IMG/VR virus record: IMGVR_UViG_3300028581_000013
Length of the DNA stretch: 64,000 nucleotides
Direction: 5' to 3' (one strand)
From: a virus
Position 1 is the first letter of the stretch; every line of letters begins with the position of its first letter. The notes under the pieces are model-generated. The model was not told the origin of the DNA and did no database searches. It saw nothing but the letters and a program-made list of their open reading frames with translations. The translations under genes and the position numbers were made by a program. Positions 28,963 through 37,454 of this stretch are shown in pieces.

Positions 28963-29789
28963 AAAAGATTTTAATTATGGGTTTACCTGGTGCCGGTAAA
29001 ACATTTTTGGCTGAAGCATTGAAAAAATACCTAGAAAAACATGGTGAACGAGCCGATTATGGTGAAATGTTACCTATCACAGGATTTAATGCTCAAGTAA
29101 CTTGGTTCAATGCTGATGATGTTCGTAAAAAATTCAATGATTGGGATTTCTCTAAAGAAGGACGTATTCGGCAATCATTAAGAATGGCACAGTTTGCATT
29201 TGAAGCTGGTGGTGATTATGTTATTTGTGATTTCGTGGCACCTATTCCAGAGATGAGAAACAATTTCAAAGCCGATTGGACAATTTGGGTTGACACAATT
29301 GAAGCTGGTCGTTATGAAGATACTAATAAAATGTTTGTACCACCAGATGTATATGACTTCCGTGTTACAGAACAAAATGCGGAGAAATGGGCTGAGTTTA
29401 TTGGTAATCACATTATTGAAAATCGTAGGCGTCCTGTGTTTGACTGGAAGAAAGAAACAGTTCAAATGTTGGGTCGCTGGCAACCATGGCATGAAGGTCA
29501 CCGAGCATTGTTTGACCGAGCCATTGCCAAAACTGGTCAGGTAGTCATTCAAATTCGAGATTGCCAAGGATGGCAAGGTTCTAATCCGTTTGCCATTGAA
29601 CAAGTTAAATCGTATATCCGTAGAGATTTGGATCCAATCTATCAAGGCCAATACGAGATTCAAGTGGTACCTAATATCGTCAATATCACCTATGGTCGTG
29701 ATGTAGGATACAAAATCGAACAAGAAACCTTTGATAAATCAATCACCGACATTTCAGCCACCAAGATTCGTAAGCAAATGGGAGTCTAA
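28959..29789 (+). CDS. cysC: Adenylylsulfate kinase-like domain fused to HxGH nucleotidyltransferase
   Basis: GLPGAGKT P-loop, NADDVR..DFS..GR; C-terminal GRWQPWHEGH and ISAT.IR. Confidence 0.8.
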   Translation: MKKILIMGLPGAGKTFLAEALKKYLEKHGERADYGEMLPITGFNAQVTWFNADDVRKKFNDWDFSKEGRIRQSLRMAQFAFEAGGDYVICDFVAPIPEMRNNFKADWTIWVDTIEAGRYEDTNKMFVPPDVYDFRVTEQNAEKWAEFIGNHIIENRRRPVFDWKKETVQMLGRWQPWHEGHRALFDRAIAKTGQVVIQIRDCQGWQGSNPFAIEQVKSYIRRDLDPIYQGQYEIQVVPNIVNITYGRDVGYKIEQETFDKSITDISATKIRKQMGV

Positions 29790-29791
29790 CC

Positions 29792-29834
29792 AAATGTGGA
29801 TGATTTATAAATATAGTATAAATCACCCATATTT
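29792..29834 (+). promoter_or_regulatory. 18-bp imperfect inverted repeat enclosing late promoter TATAAATA (29806-29813)
   Basis: aaatgtggatgatttata-7 nt-tataaatcacccatattt. Confidence 0.6.
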
Positions 29835-29848
29835 TAGGATAGATTCAA

Positions 29849-31576
29849 ATGACCACAAAGATTCTTGGAAACCAGATCACCAGTTACACAATTGACACAG
29901 TACAATTAAGTAATACAGCCACGGCAGCCTTTGCCAAAACACTAGCACCTAAAGTTCTCTATGCCAACGTGGCCAGTAATACCTTTACAGTATTAAATGA
30001 TACAGCGGTTAACGTAGGTGGTGGTTACATTGTTGTTACTGGTGCCGAATTTCAATCTGGTGCCACCATATTAATCGACACAACTCCTGCTTCAGCCGTT
30101 ACATATGTAAATTCAACAACACTACAAGTTCAAGTTCCTACAAAATCAGCGGCATCTTATAATCTTTATGTGGTTAATCCTGATGGTGGCGTTGGTATTA
30201 AAGTTGCTGGTATCACATACAGCTCTGAACCTTCTTGGATCACTGCAAGTCCATTGGCAAATCAAGAAGCCAATACAGCCTTTGGTGTTAACCTTAGTGC
30301 TACTAGTGCAACATCTTATTCTTTAGCAGCCGGCTCTACATTACCAACCGGTACAACATTAGCTGCCAACGGATATTTCTCTGGTACAGTTTCTATTGGT
30401 GCTCAAACCACATACACATTTAGTGTTGTAGCTACAGATGCTGAGTTACAAGATTCAAGCAAAACATTCCAAGTAACTGTGACACTAACACCGCTGACAA
30501 GATTATATTCTTGGGGTATGAATGGATTTGGTGTTGGAGGTTTAAATACAAGTGGGGGATACACGCTTAGTCCAACACAAGTAGGAACAGGAACAACTTG
30601 GAAGTCAGTAAGTAGCCGTGCAACCAATTCTGCAGCTATCAGAAACGATGGTACTCTATGGACTTGGGGATACAATACTAATGGCCAGTTAGGTCATAAT
30701 GATACAGTTTACGCCAGATCCAGCCCAACACAGGTAGGAACAGCAACAACATGGAACCTTGTTAGTGTTGGTAACTACAGTATTATGGCCACCAAGACTG
30801 ACGGCACCTTGTGGTCCTGGGGCGTTAACACACAAGGACAGTTAGGACTTGGTAATACAGTTGCCAGATCCAGTCCAGTACAAGTAGGAGCAGGAACAGA
30901 TTGGTACCGTATTGACACTTCTTCAGCATCTTCTATTGCTATCAAAACTGATGGCACATTGTGGGCTTGGGGCCAAGGCTACATGGGCAAATTAGGACTT
31001 GGCGATACAGTTGATAGATCCAGCCCCGTACAGGTGGGTGCAAATACCACGTGGAATAGAATAAGTATTAGCACCTCTCAGTGTTTAGCTATTAAGACTG
31101 ACGGTACCTTGTGGGCATGGGGCAGAAATGACAACTACGGTTCTTTAGGACTCAACGAAATTTCAACTTATACAAAACTCAGTCCTACACAAATTGGTAC
31201 ATCAACTAATTGGAGTCTGGTTAGTGGTGGAGAGTATGGTTCTATGGCCACCAAGACTGACGGTACTTTGTGGACCTGGGGTCGCAATAATGTTGGACAG
31301 TTAGGACTCGGTAACATCAGTAATAGGTCCAGCCCAACACAGGTGGGAACAGGAACAAATTGGAATTTAATAAGTGCATCTTCAACCGGTAGTCAGAATA
31401 GATTGGCCACCAAGACAGATGGCACAATGTGGGCCTGGGGTGACAATAGTAACGGGCAGTTAGGACAAAATAATCAAACCAACCGATCCAGTCCTGTGCA
31501 AGTGGGAGCAAGCACCACGTGGAGTTTTATAAGTGCAGGACGAGGTGTTCTTGCCATTACTTCAATTGCTCCATAA
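29849..31576 (+). CDS. RCC1-repeat propeller with IPT and Ig-like domains
   Basis: Same architecture as 18491 and 21778. Confidence 0.85.
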   Translation: MTTKILGNQITSYTIDTVQLSNTATAAFAKTLAPKVLYANVASNTFTVLNDTAVNVGGGYIVVTGAEFQSGATILIDTTPASAVTYVNSTTLQVQVPTKSAASYNLYVVNPDGGVGIKVAGITYSSEPSWITASPLANQEANTAFGVNLSATSATSYSLAAGSTLPTGTTLAANGYFSGTVSIGAQTTYTFSVVATDAELQDSSKTFQVTVTLTPLTRLYSWGMNGFGVGGLNTSGGYTLSPTQVGTGTTWKSVSSRATNSAAIRNDGTLWTWGYNTNGQLGHNDTVYARSSPTQVGTATTWNLVSVGNYSIMATKTDGTLWSWGVNTQGQLGLGNTVARSSPVQVGAGTDWYRIDTSSASSIAIKTDGTLWAWGQGYMGKLGLGDTVDRSSPVQVGANTTWNRISISTSQCLAIKTDGTLWAWGRNDNYGSLGLNEISTYTKLSPTQIGTSTNWSLVSGGEYGSMATKTDGTLWTWGRNNVGQLGLGNISNRSSPTQVGTGTNWNLISASSTGSQNRLATKTDGTMWAWGDNSNGQLGQNNQTNRSSPVQVGASTTWSFISAGRGVLAITSIAP

Positions 31577-31649
31577 AATAATATGAAAAAACTTTTAATT
31601 ACTCTACTCTTAACCTATCACTAAAAATTAATACAATTTCTTTTTTGTC

Positions 31650-32294
31650 ATGACATACTCTCAGCTTCCTTTTAATGGACAAACCAAGATTATCAATGGT
31701 GTCAGCTATGTGTATACGTCTGCAAATAATTCTTGGACTGTAGGCACAGGTATACCAAGTTCAACCGAAATTGTTTATGCTGATGTTGTATACATTACTA
31801 GCACCAATGGTATAAATTTTTCTGATGGTACAAGACAAACCACAGCGGTAGCATTAGACTCTTGGGTTCGTGGCCATGCAAATGCTTCTTATAATACAGC
31901 CAATGCTTCGTTTACAAAAGCAAATACTGGTGTAACACTAGCACAAGCTGCTTATGATTTTGCCAATAATTTAAGTGGTGGTACCGCACAAGACGGATTT
32001 GCCAGAAACGTAGCCAATACGGCTGCATCCAATACAGTTATACTTCAAGGTGTTAATGTTACTCAGAATACCAATATATCGAATTTAACTTCTTGGTTGA
32101 GTTCTAATATATCTTTAATTGATGGTATTAATTCAACACAGAATACCGATATCAATACAGCAACTAATTTAGCGCAATCTGCATACAACATAGGTGTTGC
32201 AGCAAATACAACAGCAAGTGCAGCAAATACAACAGCAAGTGCGGCCGCATCAACCGGCAAAGCAATTGCTCTTTCAATAATTTTTGGAGGTTAA
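31650..32294 (+). CDS. Fibre stalk protein ending KAIALSIIFGG
   Basis: NG..Y.Y...W N-terminal module, F.DG..QT.A, AxxAN repeats. Confidence 0.65.
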   Translation: MTYSQLPFNGQTKIINGVSYVYTSANNSWTVGTGIPSSTEIVYADVVYITSTNGINFSDGTRQTTAVALDSWVRGHANASYNTANASFTKANTGVTLAQAAYDFANNLSGGTAQDGFARNVANTAASNTVILQGVNVTQNTNISNLTSWLSSNISLIDGINSTQNTDINTATNLAQSAYNIGVAANTTASAANTTASAAASTGKAIALSIIFGG

Positions 32295-32299
32295 TTTAA

Positions 32300-32674
32300 A
32301 TGGCAGCACCAAATATATTATCAGTTACTTCAATTACAGGAAAATCGGTGAGTTCTCGGCCAGCTAACACAGCTACATACAGTATATTGTCTAATGCTGC
32401 CAGTAGTAATCGAGTATATAAAATTAATTCAATTATATGTTCAAATCAGAATGGCGCATCGACAGTTACCGCAAACGTATTTTATAATACGGCCGCCAAT
32501 GGTGCCGGTGCAAACAATGCTTTAATTCTTTTTGCAAGTGTACCTGCTCTTTCTACTTTGGTTGTATCAGACAAAACAACTTCATTTTATTTGGAAGAAA
32601 ACGCTTCGATTACTGTTTCTTCAGGAACAAGTAATGGTATCTCATTCTTAGTGAGTTATGAAGATATAGCATAA
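32300..32674 (+). CDS. Small beta-sandwich adaptor-like protein (paralog 3)
   Basis: AAPNI..V..I.GK...KINSI...N...VPA.STL...YLEE...SYEDI. Confidence 0.7.
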   Translation: MAAPNILSVTSITGKSVSSRPANTATYSILSNAASSNRVYKINSIICSNQNGASTVTANVFYNTAANGAGANNALILFASVPALSTLVVSDKTTSFYLEENASITVSSGTSNGISFLVSYEDIA

Positions 32675-32676
32675 TC

Positions 32677-33657
32677 ATGGCCAATCTAGGTAAATTTAGA
32701 GGCCGAAGCGCTACCGCCAATACGACTTTTGCTTCTGGTGTATTCACACTCTCTCGGCACTATCAACAAGTAAAACAAAGCCTCTGGCCATTTCCTATAT
32801 TTGGCCCAATAGATTATTTGGTTGTTGGTGGTGGCGGTGCAGGTGGTCCAGGACAAAATGCTGGCGGTTCATTTCTGGCAATAACTGGAGGTGGGGGCGG
32901 AGGACAAGTTCAAGAATTACTTGCTCAATACCTTACTGGAAAAGGAGAGTTTCCTGTTACTATAGGTCCAGGAGGAACAGCACCTTATGCATCACAAACT
33001 AGTAATCCAGGTGGCAACTCAAGTTTTAACAACACAACAGCTGTTGGTGGCGGCGTTGGCGCAATATCACCAAGCACTGTTCAAAGTGGTAGTGGATCAT
33101 ATAATCCTCCTGTAGGAATAAGAGGTGGAGGTTCTTTTTATCTTCGTTCTAATGCAGGATTTCCTAAAGTATTTGCTAGAAATGCGCCTAACGGAGGATC
33201 TGCAGCATATGGAACAACTGCAACAGGCGCCACAGTTGGAGCTGGAGGTGGCGCAGGCGGGGGAGGTTCTACAACAGGCGATTATATTGGTGGAGATGGC
33301 ATCACGTCAGTTATAACAGGATTGGGTTATGGTGGAGGAGGAAACACAAGCCAATTTAGCAACATGCCGGCAACCGGATATGGTGGCACCGAATTGAGAG
33401 GCACAAAAAGCTTTTTTGGAGCAGGATACTTTACAGGACCACAACCAAATTGGGACGAAATTGGACCGAGAGCTAATTCTGGAGGTGGAGGAGCAGGTTT
33501 TAGAGGATCAGGTTTTGCTGGTCAGAGTGGGGCTGCAGGTACTGTTGTAATTCGTTATCCAACAGGAGCTTTATCTGCAACTGGTGGCACAACATCAACT
33601 AGTGGAATCTATACATTACACACGTTTACAACTAGTGGAATATTTACAGTATTATGA
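32677..33657 (+). CDS. Glycine-rich fibre tip protein
   Basis: DYLVVGGGG, GGGGG and G.VVIRYP...HTFT.SG motifs. Confidence 0.7.
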   Translation: MANLGKFRGRSATANTTFASGVFTLSRHYQQVKQSLWPFPIFGPIDYLVVGGGGAGGPGQNAGGSFLAITGGGGGGQVQELLAQYLTGKGEFPVTIGPGGTAPYASQTSNPGGNSSFNNTTAVGGGVGAISPSTVQSGSGSYNPPVGIRGGGSFYLRSNAGFPKVFARNAPNGGSAAYGTTATGATVGAGGGAGGGGSTTGDYIGGDGITSVITGLGYGGGGNTSQFSNMPATGYGGTELRGTKSFFGAGYFTGPQPNWDEIGPRANSGGGGAGFRGSGFAGQSGAAGTVVIRYPTGALSATGGTTSTSGIYTLHTFTTSGIFTVL

Positions 33658-33717
33658 TAGAAAATAATTTAGGTAAAACTGCCAACGGGACTTTGACAAT
33701 CAACTAAAAACTCATGG

Positions 33718-33725
33718 TATAAATA
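33718..33725 (+). promoter_or_regulatory. Late promoter TATAAATA
   Basis: Exact consensus upstream of gp13. Confidence 0.7.
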
Positions 33726-33745
33726 CCTTAATATAGGAGATTAAT

Positions 33746-34519
33746 ATGCCGGCCGTAACAAACAGACAAACATTAAAAGAATATTGTTTGAGGAGATTAG
33801 GTTTTCCTGTTATTGAAATCAACGTAGATGAAGATCAAGTAGAAGATCGTATTGATGATGCTTTACAATATTGGCAAGATTACCATTTTGATGGCTTACA
33901 AAAAGTATACTACGTCAAATCTGTAACTCAAACAGATATTAATAACAAATACCTGGATTTTTCAAATATAAGAGATGATGCCAACAATGCACTTGAAATT
34001 GTTGGTGTGACTCGTGTATTTCCAATTACTGATTCTCAGTCAACAATTAATATGTTTGATTTAAGATATCAATTGCGTTTAAATGAATTGTATGATTTTA
34101 CTTCTGCATCATATGTTAATTACACTTTAACACAACAACATTTACGTTCTTTAGAAATTATGTTTTCTGGAGAAGTACCAATTCGTTTTCAAAGACACAT
34201 GCGAAAACTTTTTATTGACCATGCATGGGGTCGAGCAGCTGCACCAGTAGGATCAATTGTTGTTGCTGAGTGTTGGGCTAATATTAATCCTGATGTTTAC
34301 AATCGTGTGTGGAATGACCGATGGGTTAAAGAATATGCCACAGCACTTATCAAAAGAACATGGGGAAATAATTTAAAGAAGTTTTCAGGTGTTCAATTAC
34401 CAGGTGGTGTAACATTAAATGGTAAAGAAATATTTGATGAAGCTGTTAACGAAATAAAGGACCTTGAAACTGAAATGCAAGACAAGTACTCCTTACCTGT
34501 GGACTGGTACATGAACTAA
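33746..34519 (+). CDS. gp13: Neck protein gp13
   Basis: LKEYCLRRLG.PVI.INV..DQ..DRIDDA; WG.NL.KF.GVQLPGGVTLNG. Confidence 0.92.
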   Translation: MPAVTNRQTLKEYCLRRLGFPVIEINVDEDQVEDRIDDALQYWQDYHFDGLQKVYYVKSVTQTDINNKYLDFSNIRDDANNALEIVGVTRVFPITDSQSTINMFDLRYQLRLNELYDFTSASYVNYTLTQQHLRSLEIMFSGEVPIRFQRHMRKLFIDHAWGRAAAPVGSIVVAECWANINPDVYNRVWNDRWVKEYATALIKRTWGNNLKKFSGVQLPGGVTLNGKEIFDEAVNEIKDLETEMQDKYSLPVDWYMN

Positions 34520-35403
34520 TGCCAACGTCAGCTTATTTTAACAATTACAATTCTAAGCAAGAACAAAATGTAATTGAAGATTTAATTGTAGAGTCTATAA
34601 AAATTATGGGCTTTGATGCCTATTATTTGCCAAATGATAATGATGCTGCACGTGATTTACTTTATGGTGAAGATCCAGTTAAAAAGTTTAGTTCTGCTTT
34701 TCCATTAGAAATGTATCTTTCTTCTGATCCAACTGATTACATTGGACAGAAAGATATCTTTTCTAAATTTGGTTTAGAAATTAAAGACGATGTGAATGTA
34801 TTGGTATCTCGTAGGTCATTTTCACAACGAGTTCCACAGAATACATTTACACGGCCACGAGAAGGTGATTTGGTTTATGTGCCTTTTTTAAATGGTACTG
34901 GTGAATTGTTTGAAATTAAATTCACAGAACAATCAAAAGACTTTTATACACTAGGCAGAAAACAACCTTATTTCTATGAACTGTACTTAGAGAAATTTAA
35001 ATACTCACAAGAAATTATTGATACTGGTGTTGCTGATATTGATTTGGTGGTTACAAATAATGCTTACACACAATCTCTACATACTGGTGTCGGTACAGGA
35101 CGATATACAATAAAAGAAACTGTATACCAATCTATTAATAGTACACGAAATACTGCCACTGCGGTTGCTATAGTACAGAGTTGGATTCCAACTTCTAATA
35201 CATTAACAGTAACTAATATTGCTGGAGAGTTTGTTGTTGGTAGATCAATTATTGGTGCAAGCAGTAATGCTCGTTATACACTTGCAACATTTAATCCTTT
35301 AGAAGATAATACTTATAGTGAAGAATATGATAATAATTTGATTGCAACAAATGCAAATTCAATTATTGATTTTTCAGAAACTAATCCTTTTGGTAACATA
35401 TAA
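34519..35403 (+). CDS. gp14: Neck protein gp14
   Basis: EQ...EDL..E.IK..G, SKFG, RPREGDL.Y.P, DFSE.NPFG. Confidence 0.92.
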   Translation: MPTSAYFNNYNSKQEQNVIEDLIVESIKIMGFDAYYLPNDNDAARDLLYGEDPVKKFSSAFPLEMYLSSDPTDYIGQKDIFSKFGLEIKDDVNVLVSRRSFSQRVPQNTFTRPREGDLVYVPFLNGTGELFEIKFTEQSKDFYTLGRKQPYFYELYLEKFKYSQEIIDTGVADIDLVVTNNAYTQSLHTGVGTGRYTIKETVYQSINSTRNTATAVAIVQSWIPTSNTLTVTNIAGEFVVGRSIIGASSNARYTLATFNPLEDNTYSEEYDNNLIATNANSIIDFSETNPFGNI

Positions 35404-36494
35404 TGTCCGCTATTTCATACAATAGAGTAATTCGTAAACTGGTTGTTGGCTTTGGTAATCTTTTTAAAGATATTACCTTGGTTCGTTACAATCCAGATTT
35501 AACAGAGGCACAAAGATTTCTTGTACCAATAGCTTATGCAACTAAAGAATTTTATGTTCGAAGGTTAGAAGGAGATCCTAACCTTGATAAAAAGGTTCAA
35601 GTAACTTTACCTAGAATGTCTTTTGAAATGTCTGGTTTAAATTATGATGTAGCCAGAAAATTAAATACAAATACAAAAACATTTGCAAAGACACCAGCAG
35701 GAATAGTTTCTCAATATAATCCCGTACCATATGATTTTGATTTTAATCTTTATATCTATGTTCGTAACATAGAAGATGGTACACAAATTATAGAACACAT
35801 ACTTCCATTTTTTGCACCAGATTATACAATCAAATTAAATTTGATACCTGAAATGGGTATAATTAAAGAAGTGCCTGTTGTATTAAATTCAACCACACAT
35901 GAAATACAATATGAAGGCAATAAAGAAAATGAAACTCGCTTAATTATATGGACATTAAATTTTACAGTTAAAGGATTTATCTTTGGTAAAGTATCTGATA
36001 CTGGTGGAGTAATTACACATTCAATTACTTCAATCTTTACTAAATTAACTGAAAATGAGATTATAGAATTTACAATCAATCCTAATTCAGGAATTGGAAC
36101 ATATCAAGTAGGTGAAACTGTTTATCAAGGCTACTCTGCGCCAATGGCTGTAGCTACAGGCAAAGTAGTGTTCTTTAATAACAATACATTACAGTTGCAA
36201 AATATTAATGGTAATTTTACTTCTGATTTGCCAATAAAATCCACTACCTCTGGTGCAAACTATGCGTTCACATCATTTGTTCCTCAATCACAGAAGCGTG
36301 TTCAGATAGATGTGACACCAATGCCAACAGATGCCAATGTCAGCACACCTTATGTTGCAACAGTTCAAATATCCGAAACACCAAATATTATAGAAACAAA
36401 TATATTACCAGATAATTTTGCTGGTGATTTAACTACACAAGTTGGTCGTGATGACCTACATATAGAACAAGAAAAAACAACCGATTTACATTAA
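35403..36494 (+). CDS. gp15: Tail terminator / sheath stabiliser gp15 with C-terminal extension
   Basis: FG.LF..I, VPIAY, LPRMSFE, PVPY, QI.E.ILP.F.P. Confidence 0.9.
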   Translation: MSAISYNRVIRKLVVGFGNLFKDITLVRYNPDLTEAQRFLVPIAYATKEFYVRRLEGDPNLDKKVQVTLPRMSFEMSGLNYDVARKLNTNTKTFAKTPAGIVSQYNPVPYDFDFNLYIYVRNIEDGTQIIEHILPFFAPDYTIKLNLIPEMGIIKEVPVVLNSTTHEIQYEGNKENETRLIIWTLNFTVKGFIFGKVSDTGGVITHSITSIFTKLTENEIIEFTINPNSGIGTYQVGETVYQGYSAPMAVATGKVVFFNNNTLQLQNINGNFTSDLPIKSTTSGANYAFTSFVPQSQKRVQIDVTPMPTDANVSTPYVATVQISETPNIIETNILPDNFAGDLTTQVGRDDLHIEQEKTTDLH

Positions 36495-36505
36495 AGGTAA
36501 TTAAA

Positions 36506-37012
36506 ATGGCACGCACACTACAATTTAAACGATACGGTTCAGCAACATTGGCCAATACAACTGGTGCCAATGGTGAATTAATTATTAATAGTACCAATAA
36601 AACTTTAACTGTTCATGATGGTATAACTCCCGGTGGATTTACACTATTGAATGAAGCAATTGAAATAGACATTGATCAATATGCTCGTAATACTGCCAAC
36701 AGTAAATTGTCGTTAAGTGGTGGTACTGTTACTGGTAATTTAGCCGTAACAAATACAATAACATCTTCAAACATTGTTTCAAGTAACACAATCACTTCAA
36801 ACAATTTAATTGTTACTGGTGTTTTTACTGTTGATGGTGTTGTATTGCAATGGCATACACCAATACCTTTAACATCTAAAGGTGATCCAGGTGATAAAGC
36901 CGGATTTATTGCAATTGATAATGATAAATTATATCGTTGTGTGGAAAATTATACCAATGGCGCTAATAACATTTGGCGTTTTGTAAATTTTACTGGCGGC
37001 ACTTGGGGCTAA
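36506..37012 (+). CDS. Mtd-N domain fibre protein
   Basis: LQFKR...TGA.GEL....TL.VHDG.T.GG; C-terminal G..G..A.D...LY.C......W. Confidence 0.7.
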   Translation: MARTLQFKRYGSATLANTTGANGELIINSTNKTLTVHDGITPGGFTLLNEAIEIDIDQYARNTANSKLSLSGGTVTGNLAVTNTITSSNIVSSNTITSNNLIVTGVFTVDGVVLQWHTPIPLTSKGDPGDKAGFIAIDNDKLYRCVENYTNGANNIWRFVNFTGGTWG

Positions 37013-37028
37013 TTAAAAGCAAAATACT

Positions 37029-37454
37029 ATGAATGACTTGAATAAAACTTTGGCCGATGTTTTTGACATTGCACCTATACCAGAAGAAAAAAAAGAAAAA
37101 CTTCCTGTATTATCGGTCAAATATAATGAACCTGATTTAAAACAGGACCTTACAGACGCCTATCAACAATCAAAAGAAAACCTACAAGGCATTATTGACC
37201 AAGGCCAAGAAGCTATGGAAGAAATACTCAACATTGCCAAAGCAGGCCAACATCCTCGTGCATTTGAAGTTTATGGCGGTATACTAAAAAATATGGTGGA
37301 TGCTAATAAAGAACTTCTGAATATACAAAAACAAATGCGTGAAATGGATGAAGAAAAGAAAAAAAATTCTGGCACCAATATTGATAAAGCAATCTTTGTT
37401 GGTTCAACATCCGAATTAAGTAAGTTATTAAAGAATAATGCCAGCAAAAACTAA
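37029..37454 (+). CDS. gp16: Terminase small subunit gp16
   Basis: HPRAFEV and FVGSTSEL motifs; precedes gp17. Confidence 0.9.
   Translation: MNDLNKTLADVFDIAPIPEEKKEKLPVLSVKYNEPDLKQDLTDAYQQSKENLQGIIDQGQEAMEEILNIAKAGQHPRAFEVYGGILKNMVDANKELLNIQKQMREMDEEKKKNSGTNIDKAIFVGSTSELSKLLKNNASKN

Noticed and set aside
24591-29723. Long minus-strand ORFs (24591-25079, 29178-29723) and similar shadow ORFs elsewhere
   Set aside because: Antisense to well-supported genes, with no RBS or domain signal.
8680-31576. Diversity-generating retroelement acting on Mtd-N or RCC1 genes
   Set aside because: No reverse transcriptase in the window; mismatches flanking the repeat pairs are not adenine-specific; Mtd-N is only an anchoring domain.
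12300-31576. CRISPR-like array suggested by recurring tccagtcc / gatggcac motifs
   Set aside because: These are in-frame coding repeats of RCC1 blades, not fixed repeats with unique spacers.
33693-33723. Sigma70 promoter before gp13
   Set aside because: TTGACA to TATAAA spacing is 19 bp; the late promoter alone explains the site.
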